Origin: Perkinsus chesapeaki ATCC PRA-425
Lineage: Eukaryota > Protista > Perkinsozoa
Assembly: GCA_013115145.1 (NCBI GenBank)
Contig: JAAPAO010000214.1
Span: forward strand, 1 to 52,084
Length of the DNA: 52,084 nt
Direction of reading: 5' to 3'
Positions 36,804-49,194 of the stretch are shown one piece after another (within the stretch, counting starts at the first letter, position 1; every line of letters begins with the position of its first letter). A model generated the notes under the pieces. It made no database searches, had not been told where the DNA came from, and was given only the letters and a program-made list of their open reading frames with translations. Position numbers and translations under genes: made by a program.

Positions 36804-39800
36804 TCAACCCATCATAGTGTGCTTTCGAGAAACCAATGCCTGACACAACACAAAAAACGACACTTGCCAAAATCGATCAATCGGGCGAGCGCTGCTTACC
36901 GGATGATTGCATATCACCGCGTGACTTGGTTTGCACTGGAGATGGTCTTCACCGTTGGACCAGGTTTTAACAGTCAATGCTGACATTAAAATCGATCACC
37001 TGGGCGAGCGCTTTTGACGATTTCGGCTTACCGTGCTCCGTCAGCCATGTGGTGGCATCAGCGGCATCGGTGAAGTCTAACACATCGACAAGATGAGCGA
37101 CTGGGTACGTTTGGTATCTGATCGAAAATCTTCGCAGTGCGCAAGATACTTTCGTACGCCTTTGTGATGGTCCGTAGTGCCTTGAGACGCATTCGTTCGA
37201 GGAAGAGTCGGAGCAAATGGTACGCATGCGTTGGGGCAGCTCTGATAGGTATACTTGACGATGGATCTTCCTCGTCGATTTCAGAGGAATCTTTACGAGC
37301 AATTCGGACCAACCTGATGACATGAAAGCCACTGAGCTGTGATCAGCGTGGGAGATTAATAAAACTTTCGGCAAATGGAAACTAACCATCCCTACGTCCT
37401 GAACGGACTGATGAACGTGGATGAACGAGGAGCGATAGATATTATTAGTTTGTTGGTGATGCTATTATTAATGGTAATATCTACATACAGCACATTATAA
37501 TGAATAATAATGTTATATTATTAGTATTGATTATTACCACATTAGCCTACTGAGTATCAAATCTATATATATTATATAGGCATTAACATCACCAATTCGG
37601 TGGGATTTGTTCAGAAGTGATAAGGCTAGATATGAGTAATGCGTTTCCTATTACCATCAATGATGCTCGATAATAATATAATGTGATGAGCAATCACGCA
37701 ATAGGCGAAAAATAAACAAGGAGCGGTCTTTAGTGCGCACTGCGGAGAGTCCCGAGGATAATGATGTTAGATAATCGATTGAGGTGACGCTTGATGCTAT
37801 CTATTATTATACATATTAATTATCATCCATTATAGAATTATTATTAATGAAACGTAGCAATAAGGTCATTATGAATCATCAATATATATTATCATATGCA
37901 TTAATACAGGGTAAAGTGATGAGCCTGAATGGCGTTGCCTTATTTACCTAAAACAAGCCTTATAATCGTTGGTAGCCATCGCTTGTCGAGCCTTCTTAGC
38001 AAATACGACATACGGGTGATGCCGCTGTTCGGGGGTCAGTGCTCTTAGGAACTTCATTTCATCAGCACGCAGTGACTGTAGCGAGTAGTATCTGTCACGC
38101 GCCACGAAATACGTCCTTATCGACAGCGATCAGACGAAGCTTACAGGAGTCTGTAACAGAGAAACTCGCAAGTCACATTGTCGTCATTGGCGTCTTTAGC
38201 TGCGTAAAGGTATCTTAGCTCGAAGCATGCAAGATGCACCAAATGTCAACCTGCCGCTCACTTCAATTGCGTTTGACACTGATTAAACTGCCCAAGATCT
38301 TCTGCTTCCAAAGCCCATCGGGCATTTGCTTCATACACCGACCGAGTGAAATCATCCTTTATATTCTGCACAGTTAGGTCTTGCCGGACCGCTCTGATGA
38401 CATCCAACAGCTAGAGGTGTCAGAAAACCAAACGGCCCACCTGAGCTGCTCGCCAATGTATTTCCAATCTCGTGACTTTTCATGATGATAAATCTTCAAT
38501 TGCTCCATCCACTTCTTCAGCACACTCGGTGGTCGAACCTGCGCAGCAATTTCACATTTTCAACGACAAACCCCGCTCGCACCCCTCGATGTGACACTGC
38601 GGAGAGAGAGAAGGGAGAAATGAAAACAACTGTATCCGACACGCATGAATTCGTATCTCTCCTCCTGATAGATTGAGATCCTCAACACCCTATAATTCCC
38701 TCAACTATCACTGGAACGTGTTTCAAATCGCCGACTTACCATCGCCGAATACCAAATTTAGTAGATACTCCATCATCGATGATAATAATGATACGTGTTA
38801 GTGATTTTTTAGTACTAGTATGATTCATTGGAAACTTTCGGTGGCATATCTCAGGAATCTCCACACTTCATGATGGTGAACTACCCGTTCTTCCCGCGCG
38901 CCACGAAACTTACCAAGCTCGGATCGGGTTGACTGGTAAGACGGAGATAGTTCTTCTCCATTTTTTGACATGTTCCAACAACAACAAAATCGACAGTCTG
39001 TTCAAACACTTCAGTCTCATCGACACCAAACGAGAAATTAACATCCAGCGGAGCGACGCGAGGTGCTGCCGACCTAATGACAGCTAGAGGTGTCAGAAAA
39101 ATGTACCCTGAAAACTCACCTGCTGGCATCATCTGTCCATAGCCCCGAGGCCGATGAGCTTGAATTATCGTCTGCTTCTGAAGAAGATATCCGTGAGAGC
39201 TTAAATGCAGAGACTAAGATCTGAACCCCACTGCAAGAGTTATCTCCTAATAGCAATATGAGAGCTATAAACCACAATGATACTTTTATAATAGGATTTG
39301 ATCGTATTATTGATGAGAAAAATACGGCTTGAATATTAAATTATTGACTACAAGGTTATATATCTTTATTGAACAACTACAATACAGTATGAGCCAAACT
39401 ACCTTACTTCAAACTATTATCGAATAACCTTTCATATCTCTTCCATTGATAATAACCATATTGATAAATTATTAATAATATTATTAGTAATTACTATCAG
39501 TTTATTGGTAATAATATTTTTATCGAACGAATACAATATGGACTTGAACCCCGTACTAATATCTCCATACTTCAGACTATCATCAAATAACCTTCGTAAA
39601 TCCCATTATATATAACTTCACATCTCGCCGAGCTAAACTCACTGAATCTCTCCATTCGTTGTTGCCTCCTCTTCAGCTCCTCTGCAGTAGCCTCACCCGC
39701 CATCATCAAAATAGCTCCCTGCACAGAAAACCTTCGCAGTGCGCGCTTTAACAAAGATCTTCTCGGAAAAGATTCATTTGTTTTCTTTGATGAAGGCACA

Positions 39801-42058
39801 TGCTGCTCGAGCTCTCTATTAACACATTGAAAACTCATCCAACAATTTCCAAAAATTGACATATTTTTTTTCATACGCAAATTCCGTGGAATAAAAAATA
39901 ACTGCGAAAATACATGTACTTTAGTAGCCCTTTTTGGCTCCTCGTTAACCCACTTTCTTTGGCTTAGCCTTCGCTGCTGCCTGCAGTTTAGCCTTCCGCT
40001 TGTTATTCCCTCTCTTACTCGCTCCTGGCGTCAACGTTACATTATACCCCGCCGGCGTCCCGTCACTGAGGGGTATGAAGTCTGCAGACTTCTGCCCTGA
40101 AGCACGATCACCTTTACGAAGACAATTACGTTTCAATTGGCAACTCACCGAAGGACGCACGCCGCGAAGGCGATTTCTTCGGACTTCCTCGCCGGGATCT
40201 TTTGGGCGAAGGAACAGCCGCGGACTCCTGAAATGCCAGCATTGAACGTAGGAATAGCAGCACATTGTGGTAGGATGGAACTACCTACCACTACAAGATA
40301 TTAAATAACAGATATAAAATAGTCTACAAAAATATCTAATAGTAGTATAAAGAAAGTCCAATATGACCGGTATAATGAACTCCCTTAAAGACTTATACGA
40401 CCTAACCTCTTTCGATTACTGCTGTGATTAATGTGTACATTTATATGAGCAATTGAACTACGATTTACAATGTAGATCGTATCAGGTTATAAATACATCA
40501 GACCCTCGATTAAGATATTCCCCTACCAACCTGTTCCCATAGCTTTGGATCCACACGGCAGTCTATCTCATTCTCACTCGGTATCGGATAATTGTTCCAG
40601 TCTGTTGCCCAGTACGTCCCTGAGATAGATCAAGTTACAACGGACCTCGTTCTGCGCTTAAACTCAACAACGGCCGCCTAACTTCACAACTAGACGCAGT
40701 TCAAGTATTCAAAGTTCAAGCGCAACATATCTACAGATCAGTAGCATAGGCAGATATTTTGACACAACTCGGATAGGATATTTCATCACTAGTTATTATT
40801 TTCTTTACCGCTGTATTTAATTATTCCATCTCTCGACTACCACTTCATTGAGAAGCTCGCAAGCGTCGAAAAAAGAAACAAACCATCCCAGACAGCTGAG
40901 CGATGTAAAGTTCCACCGAAAAGACTCCCTCCTGCCCGACGAGTCTATGAGGCATCCGACAGACAACGATATTTCTCTTAACCCGACAAGCGTCTTTGCC
41001 GATCCGATCTCTCCTCCTCACCAGCAGCTTTAAGCTTGTTAGTAATATCCTTCACAATGCCATCAGCTGCTGACAACCTGGCCGTCCTCAACTCTTGGCT
41101 CATACCAGGGTGACCACCGAGGGAAGCATACAGTCGTTGAACCCATTGGAGCATTCCAGGTGGATGTTGAGATGCAGCCGCCTGAGAACCAAACTCACGC
41201 AGAGTTAGCAAATCCCTGCTGGTCATCGGTCCCAGGTTCGATCCCCACCCCCAGAAACATCGGATTTTCTCAGAAAACCCCATTCCAGCTTTTCACTATC
41301 TTTTGTAATAATTCCTTCCAAGTTTGTGTTCTCCAACTCCGCTTCCGTAAGACGTAAGGATCGATCCTGTAGCCCCACCAATATAGGACACCCGTATTAA
41401 AGCGAAACATCCCACTATGGACCGGTCGCGGGTTCGATCCCCGCACCCCGCATCCCTACCTTATTATTCATTGCATTTTGGATCACTGCAGCTGCCCCAG
41501 GTTGACCAAAATGTCTCGCCTGGCCTCCTGCCGCTCTAAGCTGCTGTTGTTGCTGCTGCTGAGCATACCATGCCTGAGAGAATGCAAGATTGAGCAAGAT
41601 TGCAAGATTCGATACATATACGATCCTTATAAGAACAACATGTGCTGCTGAAAGCACAACAACAACTATACTGAATCCACGGATCCCGGATTGCTTGTCC
41701 CGGATTCGGGTTTCGGGTTTTGAAAACCCGGAAATCGTCCGGTCTTACCTGTTGATAGGCCATCGCTGCTTGTTGCTGTTGATACATCATATACATCGCT
41801 GCTTGCTGCTGCTGTTGACTAACAATAATGAAAGTGAGATAATCATCGATGAATAAATACTAGATTCTAATTTCATTAATAAACATAACGATCCTGGGAT
41901 CGAACGTGTGCGGTTTACTTCCCAAAGTTATGCGGCGGTTGCTGCCCCCCAGCTGAGCTGCCGCTCGTCTGTTGCTGCTCCGCCGGCTGGCTGGCTGGAG
42001 GGGATACTTTCTTCACTTGCTGCTTCTCCACCGTATGCTCATAAAGATGCGCCACCAT
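36804..42058 (-). CDS. LENG8: SAC3/GANP-domain protein, LENG8/THP3-like, with a Q-rich N-terminus (multi-exon)
   Basis: [50 protein letters not shown]|[44 protein letters not shown] and [17 protein letters not shown]. Confidence 0.85.
41182..41459 (+). other. Two related tRNA 3'-half-like modules, antisense within intronic sequence of the LENG8-like gene
   Basis: CGGTCCCAGGTTCGATCCCCACCCC (B-box at 41235) and CGGTCGCGGGTTCGATCCCCGCACCCCGCA (B-box at 41431, T-arm GCGGG/CCCGC). Confidence 0.65.
41819..41918 (-). other. Intron beginning with a B-box-like element
   Basis: GTAAACCGCACACGTTCGATCCCAGG closely resembles CGCACAGGTTCGATCCTAGG at about 2700. Confidence 0.5.
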
Positions 42059-42229
42059 CGTCTTCCAAAATTGATATCTGACCTCGGAATTCCGCCAATA
42101 GCATCTTTTCAAAACCGAGGCAAGACAACGACCGAAAATGCTAGTCTGTCGAAGATTAAAACACGCATACTGTATGCACCAGTGTAAGGGAATATATTAA
42201 AACGTTTTTTCGAATATGAAAAGTCAAAT

Positions 42230-45200
42230 GTGTCCCCCGATTTCCAAAACCACTGTCCATTTCCCCCAGTCTAGCGAACCACAGTCATCGTTTTTCATAA
42301 CCTATGCTGCTGGCGAACCAATTTCATTATTTCGCATTGAGGATCAATATTGCTCAGAGCCTGTATCGTTAGCGCAATCAGTTTCTTGGGACACTCATCT
42401 CAGCAGCTTCAGCAAAGCCTACCCCTGATTTGTGACCGACATCTATCCTATATGAAGCACTTATTATTAAACAACACCAACAGCAGCTGCGCAATCTTCC
42501 CCTGCACAGCAGCTTAAAGCGTCAATAGTAACGGACCTCTCAATCATCAGTTAGTGAATCAAGTCGCGGGTGACCACAAACGTTACCAGAAATATGACCA
42601 CCATATTTCCCTCTACTACAAAGCCACTCCTTTTTTAGTTGAATTCGGTTGCTGTTTGTTCAAAGTCTTGGCATACTCCTGCACATGCTGTCGAACCTGA
42701 GAACCCCACCACCAGCATCCGGGTTCGATCCCACCGTCTAGCATTTTAAAAGAAACAGCCACGCATGGTTCATAAGGTTCATATGGTCTTATGGCAATTT
42801 GCTGCAAATTCGCCTTATGGCGAGTTTCGGCACTACGAATTAACGACTATCTAACAGTATTTACTCCACATCAATACGAAAGAAGATGCTGATGGATATT
42901 ATGTCCCTTCTCGGATGCATGCGAATCAACCTCGAAAGAATCTTTCTACCTGTTCCTGTTGCGCGGCTGGAAGGACATTAAACATCCCACAGACTCGTTG
43001 CTTTTCCACGGGATTCTCCGCCGAGCTATCCAAAGTAACCCCACATGACGCTTCTGCCATTTACGGAAATAATCCAAGGCCTATGATACATCAGTCAACC
43101 TAATATGCATCATGTACGCTCAACTTAAGGATTCTCTAGTATAATATACCACAGGCAAATACGAGCTTATTGAAATGAATGCAAATAAAAAATATAAACG
43201 AAATATCTGTTCGCACTGTTATAGTCAGGAACCGACCTAACAATGTCAATAAGCTCTACTGATCAAGCATCAACTATCGAGGCAGCAGCAGCAGCAGCAA
43301 TCTTCAAAAATGGAGGGTAGTAATATCTCGTAAACATCTTAGGCAAATCTAAATGAGTTGCACTGGGAATTTTCCGACTTAGACGATCCCAACTGAGCTG
43401 CTCGAGGCAGATTGAGTGAATATCGATCATGGTTGCACTGACGTAATATACTAATAATATCTACACCAATCTATAAGCACTAGATCTTCGCTGCGAAAGG
43501 GCGGAGGTCCCCAATACTATATCACTACAAACCAAAGAATGACCTCCTTCCGCTCAACAACCACAGATGAGGTCAACGAATATAAAGCAGATGCCTTTCT
43601 TATACAACACAATACAGTATATAGCAACAACCCCTCCCCCCAAAAAAACTATAACTCAACAACCGTCACTGCGCCACGAAATTACCAGTCCACTGGTCAT
43701 GCCTTCAGCGGCCCCAGCCATAGTGCCAATGTCTCAGCCCACACTTTTTCAGATCTTTCTCGTACCCACCATATTTAAAGTCAACTCTACCATTCCAGTG
43801 CTCCCCTCGATCCTGGGGCAGCACTCTAACCGATGCCTATAAAAAGGTACGTATTCGAACCGAGGACCTTTCGAATGACAGTCAAGCGCTCTACCAACTA
43901 GACTACCTCGTTTCTCGTTTTGTATTCCTTATCTGCCTGTAGTGTCGTTACTCCTAAGGCTTCCTTAACCATCCTGTCCATCAGTTCCATCGACACAAAC
44001 TCATCTATCCGCTTCGGAATGCCTTTACTCTCCTGACATACACCACCTCCATCACACATTGTTCAATAAAGTGTATTGCTGCTAATATTAATAATAGCAA
44101 ATCCTATCTCGACAACACATACTGACAAAAACCAGCGGAGCGGGGAAGTGGGAAATTCCGATGCGATCCGATTTTGCCAGTAGTCACGACTCGTGCTTAG
44201 CCCATGCCATTTCGCTGGAATAAATTCGACCTAGGCCGACCAGCCACTCTTCTGTTTACAACATCACTTAGGAATTGCATTGGGAGTGCGCCGATTAAAA
44301 CAGATACCAAGACGAGGAGTACTTCTCAGCGATGGACCAAAAGCTTCTGCTCTAAAGCTTGTCCACTGTCAGGACAACCTGTAAATTGTCACCCCGCTCT
44401 AACCGTGCTTCCGCTCTATTTAGCCACACTCCCGTGACTTCTTCGTGTCACCAATTCACATTGACGCTGCGCCGAGTGAGTGATTGGTTGACGGTATTGG
44501 GTTCCCAATGCCACCACAACCGGACAAGTATCCCTTTCCTTGGCCGCCGAGCAAGCCCATATATTCCCGAAACTCTACTCCTCACATCGTGCGAGAGTAT
44601 CTTTTCGATCGCCACCTCGAAAAGATCTCCCAAAATTTGATTCCTCGGTGACGCTGCGAAGCCCCACTGGGACACCTACGCGCGAAAATCCTGCGGAAAG
44701 TAATAAATGGTATAACCTGCTGATTGGGCATGTTCCCCAGACTAAAAACTAAGTCATCGGACGGCCGAAGGAGCTCCTCTATACTTTCCTTGCATCGAGT
44801 ATCGATATCAAAGTAAACCCCTCCTAATGATAGGCAACAAGCTGCACAAGTGTGTTTATGAATACTACCGACTGATACTGTATCAGTGATAAATGAAACG
44901 GAGACTTTAGAGCTTCTAGTATATCGAAAGTAACCCAGGCACTGTCAGCGAGCGTTGATTTAATACACCAATGAAGGAGTGACTAACGGTGCGTGATCGT
45001 GGAAGGAAAAGCAAGTATGATGCTTATAGAGAACGAATTCGGGGGTTAAGAGATGACCGTGAGGATCATCGATAAATATGTACTCCTCAAAGGTGGAGTA
45101 GGAAGAGGAGATATAATATAAAATATGTTACTACTACGGAGGCGGAGGAGGTCTAATATAAAATACCAGTGTGGGAATCGTCAGTGATAATTCGCCATCA

Positions 45201-47393
45201 GTGATTGTCAGTGTGACAATAATCCCTCAGTTCTTTCCTTCCAAACTCAACATTCCTCCATGACTCCCCTCCTCCTTACTACTACCATTCAAGTATATAA
45301 TACTATACCGGAACAGCTCAGCTAACACAACACCCAGCAGCTGCAGGCCTCCTGCTTCGTCCATCCTTACCAACTTGTTCAATGCATCTCGAATATTACC
45401 ACCTTACAACACCAGCAACTTCAATGCGATCGAGCACACCTGCTCCGGTTGAACATTCCTAGCTCGAGCCACACGGAGACCTTCATCAGCAAAAACGACG
45501 ACTTTAACATCCGACTCGAACATTAGATTTCTCCTCCTTGAGAGATAACGCAGGAGAAGATGATCAATAGTGCAAATAAGATGCTCCCTTCTTAGACTTT
45601 AACGAATAAAATGTATATTAATATAAAGCCACGACTAAGGGAACAAGACGGTACCTCAGCACTGCAGCAACTTCAAGGTTGAATTGCACTTGGTCGAGCC
45701 TCGGCGATCACAAGCGGTAGGAATTTTAAAATGTACTTTAGAATGTATGGCGGAGAGATAAGAATCCCCCTACAGCGAGCCATAACCTCTATCGGGATCC
45801 AATCGGCCTTGGCAAAAAAGTATATTGAACATCTAACTGAACAATGTAATAAAACTGTAATTTGTCACTATAAATAATAATTTTCTTCTCGCAACTACGT
45901 GCCAGAAAATGCCCACAATATTCAACGTCAAGAACACACTCGAGCCGGGTGGCCCAATTCCTCCACTGCCGACTGATTTATCAGGTACACTCATACACCT
46001 GAGATTCATGCAGGGTAGGCGACGGTCGGCGGACCAGCTGACAGTGTCAGCCTGACACTGGAAGAATTGAACAGCGCCGCTGCTGAGGCCTATTGCCCGT
46101 TCCAAGATGCAAATTGCCAAATGGTCATTTTCTTGGTAGCTACCAAAATTGAACTGTACATAGAATAGGAAAAGCTCAGATATGCGGAAGCAATGTGCGA
46201 ACGGTTGATGAGCCAACAACAAGATATAACTGAGGTACCCGTTGTTGTTGTTGCTATTATTACCATTAACCCTATTAAAGGGCTTATCTCTTCCATCGGC
46301 CCTGTCCGCTACCGACATTAGGAACTCCCATCGATCTTGAGCATCGAAGAAAGTGTACTGCCATGAGGGGTGCTGACTAGACCACTGTGACACGACCTGA
46401 TAATTGAGAATAGGCGTGGATGAAGGAAGGGAGAGTTTGCAGTGCCAGCTTTGGAAGGCACCTTCACTCTTTCCGAAAGGAGGGGAATACCGTGGTACTG
46501 GGAGGTCATCATCACTAGTAATATACAAGCATACTCAAGGGAGGTTGGCATTTTAAACAGTTCTTCGAAACGCTACCAAGAAGAGTTATTACTATACACA
46601 TAAAAGCAATAATACAAGTTTGTATTTAACAGTAGACCCTTACTTCACCTATATCATCGAGTAAAGCCAAGGATCTATAGTATATTGATAGAAGATATGG
46701 AATAATAAGATAGTACCCGGACGCACCTGAGCCATTCTAACTGGCATGATCGATGATTCCATCGTTTGGTAAATAACCCTTGGAATTCGTAGAGGCTTAT
46801 CTTCATCAGACAATACGTACCGAGGAGGAACACTGAGAAACAATGACAAGCAACGGGCTGCTGGCAACCTACTATTTGGTGAGGACCGCCGTTGATATTC
46901 TACAAGTGAGGTTTTTAGGCATCGACCCTCGCTGCTCTTCGACACTTCGCGATTTAGCAACCTAACCTTGAGGTCGGTAAGCTGAGGTGAGCTGCTGCGA
47001 GATAGTAAAGCATTTTGAGTACAATAAAATGAATCCTGGACCGGAGTTCAGTAGTAAAATTTGCAAATGCCAGAATAATCCCTTCTCAGAACCGAAGGGG
47101 TGGGTGGGTGGTGAATTGGTCGACAATCCAGCTGGTAAGTGACGGCTCTGCGACCAGCCTACCTTGTAGCCGACAGAAGATTCTTTGTTGAGGTCGGAAT
47201 TGCCAGATGCTGCCAGAGTGGTGCAAGTTCGTTCATACCAATACCTTCACACTCAGCTCTGCGAGCACGATTACGTTGCCGTAGGGTACCCAGTTGAGAG
47301 AAGGAATCCAATAGAGGCTGATAGGAGTGACAAAGATAATGCGCGGTTAACGGAAATGTGCCAAGTTGCTGGCTTTCTAAAAGTTGCTGTCAT
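42230..47393 (-). CDS. Multi-exon type II membrane glycosyltransferase-like gene (GT32/OCH1-type N-terminal motif); may be more than one gene
   Basis: N-terminal anchor RALSLSLLSASIGFLLSTG; LRIPRVIYQTMESS; WSSQHPSWQYTFFDAQDRWEFL. Downstream in-frame exons include DKEYKTRNE|ASVRVLPQDRG. The 3' end is uncertain. Confidence 0.5.
42697..42762 (+). other. 66-nt intron with an antisense B-box element
   Basis: Plus strand CATCCGGGTTCGATCCCACC. Minus-strand exons YEPC|VRQHVQEY join in phase 0. Confidence 0.5.
43837..43906 (-). pseudogene. 70-nt intron that is an almost complete degenerate tRNA (GTC at the anticodon position)
   Basis: GTAGTCTAGTTGGTAGAGCGCTTGACTGTCATTCGAAAGGTCCTCGGTTCGAATACGTACCTTTTTATAG has an A-box, anticodon arm, B-box and T-tract. 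Flanking exons join in phase 0. Confidence 0.8.
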
Positions 47394-47619
47394 TGTAGTA
47401 ACAATCTCTAAATAAGTGGTCGTGTGCCAGTTGGTCGTCGAGTGACCTGGGGTCAAGTACAGGTATTAAAATCTATTAATACTTCCGGTTCGCCTCATCA
47501 CATGATTGAACCATGAAGATTCAGATTTTGTACTATCAATCATCCTAGATGGTCGTCATTCTATCCAAGTATTTGCTATGATACGCAACAAATATGTATC
47601 AACAAGTAACTTGTGAAGC

Positions 47620-47695
47620 ATCCAGATAGTTCGGTAGGTGGAGATACAGACCTTGAACCTGTTGGTCGACGGTTCGATTCTAGGGCGAGGCATTT
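47620..47695 (+). pseudogene. Intergenic degenerate tRNA-like element (TTG in the anticodon-like loop)
   Basis: TAGTTCGGTAGGTGGAG...ACAGACCTTGAACCTGT...GGTCGACGGTTCGATTCTAGG...GGCATTT. Stems are poorly paired. Confidence 0.55.
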
Positions 47696-48762
47696 GAAGG
47701 ATAGCCCACGGTGTTCACGCTAACCCAAACAGGTTGCTTCTGAGAGTGGACTGCGTTATGCGGCAACACTTTTGCCCAACTTCAATGAACGACCCGGGAC
47801 GGTTAAAATGGCGGCCCTATGGCGCTTCAAGCACCATAGGATCATCATCGCACAGACGCGGCGCTTGGGTATGCGTTTATTTGCACGCATACCCATAGTC
47901 GGCCACTGGTATCAACAACTTGGTAGGCCGGAGTCTTATACCTTCGAATGATATGAACAATAGATTAACTTTCGGAAATTCATGGAACTCCGTAGTCGCA
48001 CTCAATAGTCGTTTTCTGAAAACGACTATTCTCAGGATCAACTTGAATCAAGTTGATCGCACTCCTTTATCATCGCAGCCAACCGTATCCCGGTGGCATC
48101 ACTCGAGCAACCGTGTTGCGTATTGAATCAATCCGTCATCAGATGACGGAATCCCTCACATGAGCCATGATGAATGTTTAATGATAATCTTGAGCATCAG
48201 TCCGAGGCCCTTACACTGTAAGGCTTACAGAGTATCAAGTACACATTCCAGGGTTGAACTGCCACCCGTGTTCTAGAATGACATTAGCCACTGCTACTCC
48301 CGGCTGGAATCAGTCTAGCAGGCTTGAATCAGGCAAATAGTTTACCCGCAGTCGTATGGCAAGGCAGATAGGCTTTATCGACTACAGTAGTTGTCTTCTG
48401 TTTGGATTCGAAAATATCTACGCAATCGTGCTAACGACGTACAGCTTATGCTGAGCTACTCAGTAGCCATGCTTGAGTTTCATGTTGAAACCCCTTGAAC
48501 TCGCCTCAGATGTTGCTAGAGGAAGCATCTATTGTTAAAGCGATTTTACTTCAGCGTATGAATGCCACCGACAAAACGCTAGCCATACTTGACCGCAATT
48601 AAGGAAACAACTCCCCGTATGGTACGAGATGAAAAGAGATGAACAGTATTACACTGAACGATACACTAACTTTTATCATTTATTAGACCCTTCTCGATCA
48701 CGTGAAGCCTTCAGGCGATTACCCTTCATGAGGAAGGATAACCATTCGTCGTCATCCGACAA

Positions 48763-49194
48763 TCATCTCAGACCAATAGTAATAGTTCGACCTTCCTCGT
48801 GTACCACAAACCGAGGACCAGGAGGCAAAAACTCGAAAACTAAGAAATCCCCCATTTTGAATCTGTTCGGGCAAATCGAGTTCAGGGTGTAGATAAACTC
48901 CCCGTAGTTTGCCGAACTTGGATCAAAAAAGATGAAGTCGTTGGTTTCATGCCTCATCCTCAAGTAGCCCGACTTAATAAACGGCTCCTTATCACACACG
49001 ACCCCTATGTCGGCAGTCGGACTTAGGTTGCTATATCTGAAGCTTACTGTAATGTAAGTGTAAGGGTTGACTTTAAAGCCACTGTACTGACCCTCAGGGA
49101 AAGGCCACCCGTAACCGGCAACGATCACTTGGGTAACGAGGATTAAATCCAGCATAGAAGCCATTGCCATAACGAAGGTTTGGGAAGAATACAT
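48763..49194 (-). CDS. Single-exon putative secreted hypothetical protein (about 135-143 aa)
   Basis: Hydrophobic leader MASMLDLILVTQVIVAG, then WPFPEGQYSG and a globular Cys-containing body. Confidence 0.6.
   Translation of the reverse strand: MYSSQTFVMAMASMLDLILVTQVIVAGYGWPFPEGQYSGFKVNPYTYITVSFRYSNLSPTADIGVVCDKEPFIKSGYLRMRHETNDFIFFDPSSANYGEFIYTLNSICPNRFKMGDFLVFEFLPPGPRFVVHEEGRTITIGLR

Noticed and set aside
41358-41367. GGATCGATCC palindrome as a B-box
   Set aside because: It lacks the TT of the T-loop and may be exonic (reads D-R-S in frame after a CAG acceptor).
47866-47895. 11-bp perfect hairpin TGGGTATGCGT-N8-ACGCATACCCA
   Set aside because: Isolated, with no U-tract, repeats or other context. 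Intrinsic terminators are not expected in this eukaryotic setting.
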